Source: Candidatus Saccharimonadota bacterium
Lineage (GTDB): Bacteria; Patescibacteriota; Saccharimonadia; Saccharimonadales; Saccharimonadaceae
Direction of reading: 5' to 3'
Assembly: GCA_905372835.1 (NCBI GenBank)
Contig: CAJPQK010000001.1
Location: 360,336-424,335 of the forward strand
DNA length: 64,000 bases
Numbering within the stretch: the first letter of the stretch is position 1; the number at the start of each line of letters is the position of its first letter. A model generated the notes under the pieces. It was not told the DNA's origin. It worked only from the letters and a program-made list of their open reading frames with translations, and did not search any database. Below, in pieces: positions 63,384-64,000 of the stretch. Made by a program: the position numbers and the translations under genes.

Positions 63384-63802
63384 TGGACGGATTATTGATC
63401 GCGCTGGTAGTAGCGGCGCTGGTGATTGGTGCTTTGTTAATTATTTTTATCCAATTAACATCACGCGGACATCAAAAACTCGACAGGGAAATGTACCGAA
63501 AAGTTTGGCGGGCAATTCAACATGGTGCAAAAGCGGGCGGCTCAGACGGCTTGCAGATGGCGATTGTTAAAGCCGACAAACTGCTCGACAAAGCCATGCG
63601 CGACTGTGGCGTGGCGGGTACGACGATGGGCGACAGACTGAAAGCTCGCAAGGGTGATTGGACGGATGAAAATGGTTTGTGGGCGGCGCACAAATTGCGC
63701 AACCAAATTGCCCACGAAACTAACGTGAAATTAACCGCGCAGAGTTTTCGACGAGCCATGACAAGCTTTGAACAAGCACTAAAAGATTTGGGAGCGTTAT
63801 GA
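63383..63802 (+). CDS. membrane-anchored protein with HEPN-like RNxxxH motif, embedded in gatCAB
   Basis: N-terminal TM helix (LLIALVVAALVIGALLIIFIQL), helical soluble domain ending in AAHKLRNQIAHE (Rx4H). Start overlaps the gatA stop (TGATG) and the stop overlaps the gatB start (ATGA). Confidence 0.55.
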   Translation: MDGLLIALVVAALVIGALLIIFIQLTSRGHQKLDREMYRKVWRAIQHGAKAGGSDGLQMAIVKADKLLDKAMRDCGVAGTTMGDRLKARKGDWTDENGLWAAHKLRNQIAHETNVKLTAQSFRRAMTSFEQALKDLGAL

Positions 63803-64000
63803 TGAGTGTATATGATGAATATGAAATGACCATTGGCATCGAGTGCCATGTCCAGCTGGCGACCAAAACCAAACTGTTTAGTCCGGCTGATAACGACGCG
63901 CGTAATGCTGAGCCGAACGAAAAAACGCACGAGATTGACTTTGGTCTGCCAGGCATGCTGCCGGTGCTGAATAAGCACGCCGTCGAGCTAGCAGTGCGCG
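63799..64000 (+). CDS. gatB: Asp-tRNA(Asn)/Glu-tRNA(Gln) amidotransferase subunit B, 5' fragment (runs off window)
   Basis: MMSVYDEYEMTIGIECHVQLATKTKLFSPADN...DFGLPGMLPVLN matches the GatB N-terminus. No stop before nt 64000. Confidence 0.9.
   Translation, partial: MMSVYDEYEMTIGIECHVQLATKTKLFSPADNDARNAEPNEKTHEIDFGLPGMLPVLNKHAVELAVR

Noticed and set aside
1-64000. CRISPR arrays, IS elements/transposases, integrases, prophage genes, rRNA operons, alternative genetic code
   Set aside because: I saw no regularly spaced direct repeats and no DDE, serine or tyrosine recombinase-like ORFs. I also saw no rRNA-like stretches. TGA, TAA and TAG all terminate well-supported genes, for example gatA (TGA), ppa (TAA) and the KH-domain gene at 18517-18909 (TAA).

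Overview
Reading by eye, this is a densely packed, mostly plus-strand housekeeping region from a small-genome bacterium using the standard genetic code. TGA, TAA and TAG all act as stops. The gene content fits a reduced Patescibacteria/CPR-like lineage such as Saccharibacteria: a split transketolase, gatCAB next to tRNA-Gln, only argG-argH of the arginine pathway, and many small orphan membrane or secreted proteins. That taxonomic guess is inference only.

Recognisable genes:
- Replication, repair and translation: ligA, leuS, rpmF (missing from the ORF track), nusB, rnc, trmD, rmuC, pheS, pheT, uvrB, gatC, gatA and the 5' end of gatB.
- Redox and stress: trxB, ppa, a rel/spoT homolog.
- Carbon metabolism cluster: gap, rpiB, rpe-like, transketolase N and C halves, class II aldolase, PfkB kinase.
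- Arginine: argH and argG.
- RNA genes: four tRNAs (Leu-GAG, Cys-GCA, Leu-TAA, Gln-CTG).

I saw no rRNA, CRISPR array, transposase, integrase or obvious prophage genes.

Observations most worth follow-up:
1. An 18-codon leader ORF with four consecutive Arg codons (MTYRHNIVVRRRRSDPEG) sits upstream of argG-argH. It comes with a textbook 1:2 / 2:3 / 3:4 alternative-hairpin attenuator.
2. A membrane-anchored ORF with an RNxxxH (HEPN-like) motif is translationally coupled inside the gatC-gatA-X-gatB operon.
3. pheS and pheT are separated by about 12.8 kb of accessory-looking genes. These include a hydrolase plus two-component operon, GrpB, a long HU-like protein, orphan ORFs, a two-permease FtsX ABC system and an orphan protein with a class III nucleotidyl-cyclase-like C-terminus.
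4. About twenty start codons lie 6-7 nt downstream of a TGnTATAAT-type extended -10 element. This suggests widespread leaderless mRNAs, with several back-to-back divergent promoter pairs.
5. Four adjacent genes form a nucleotide-pool sanitation cluster.
6. Several intergenic structured-RNA or attenuator candidates remain unexplained.

All coordinates and foldings were derived manually from the sequence. No database search or folding program was run.
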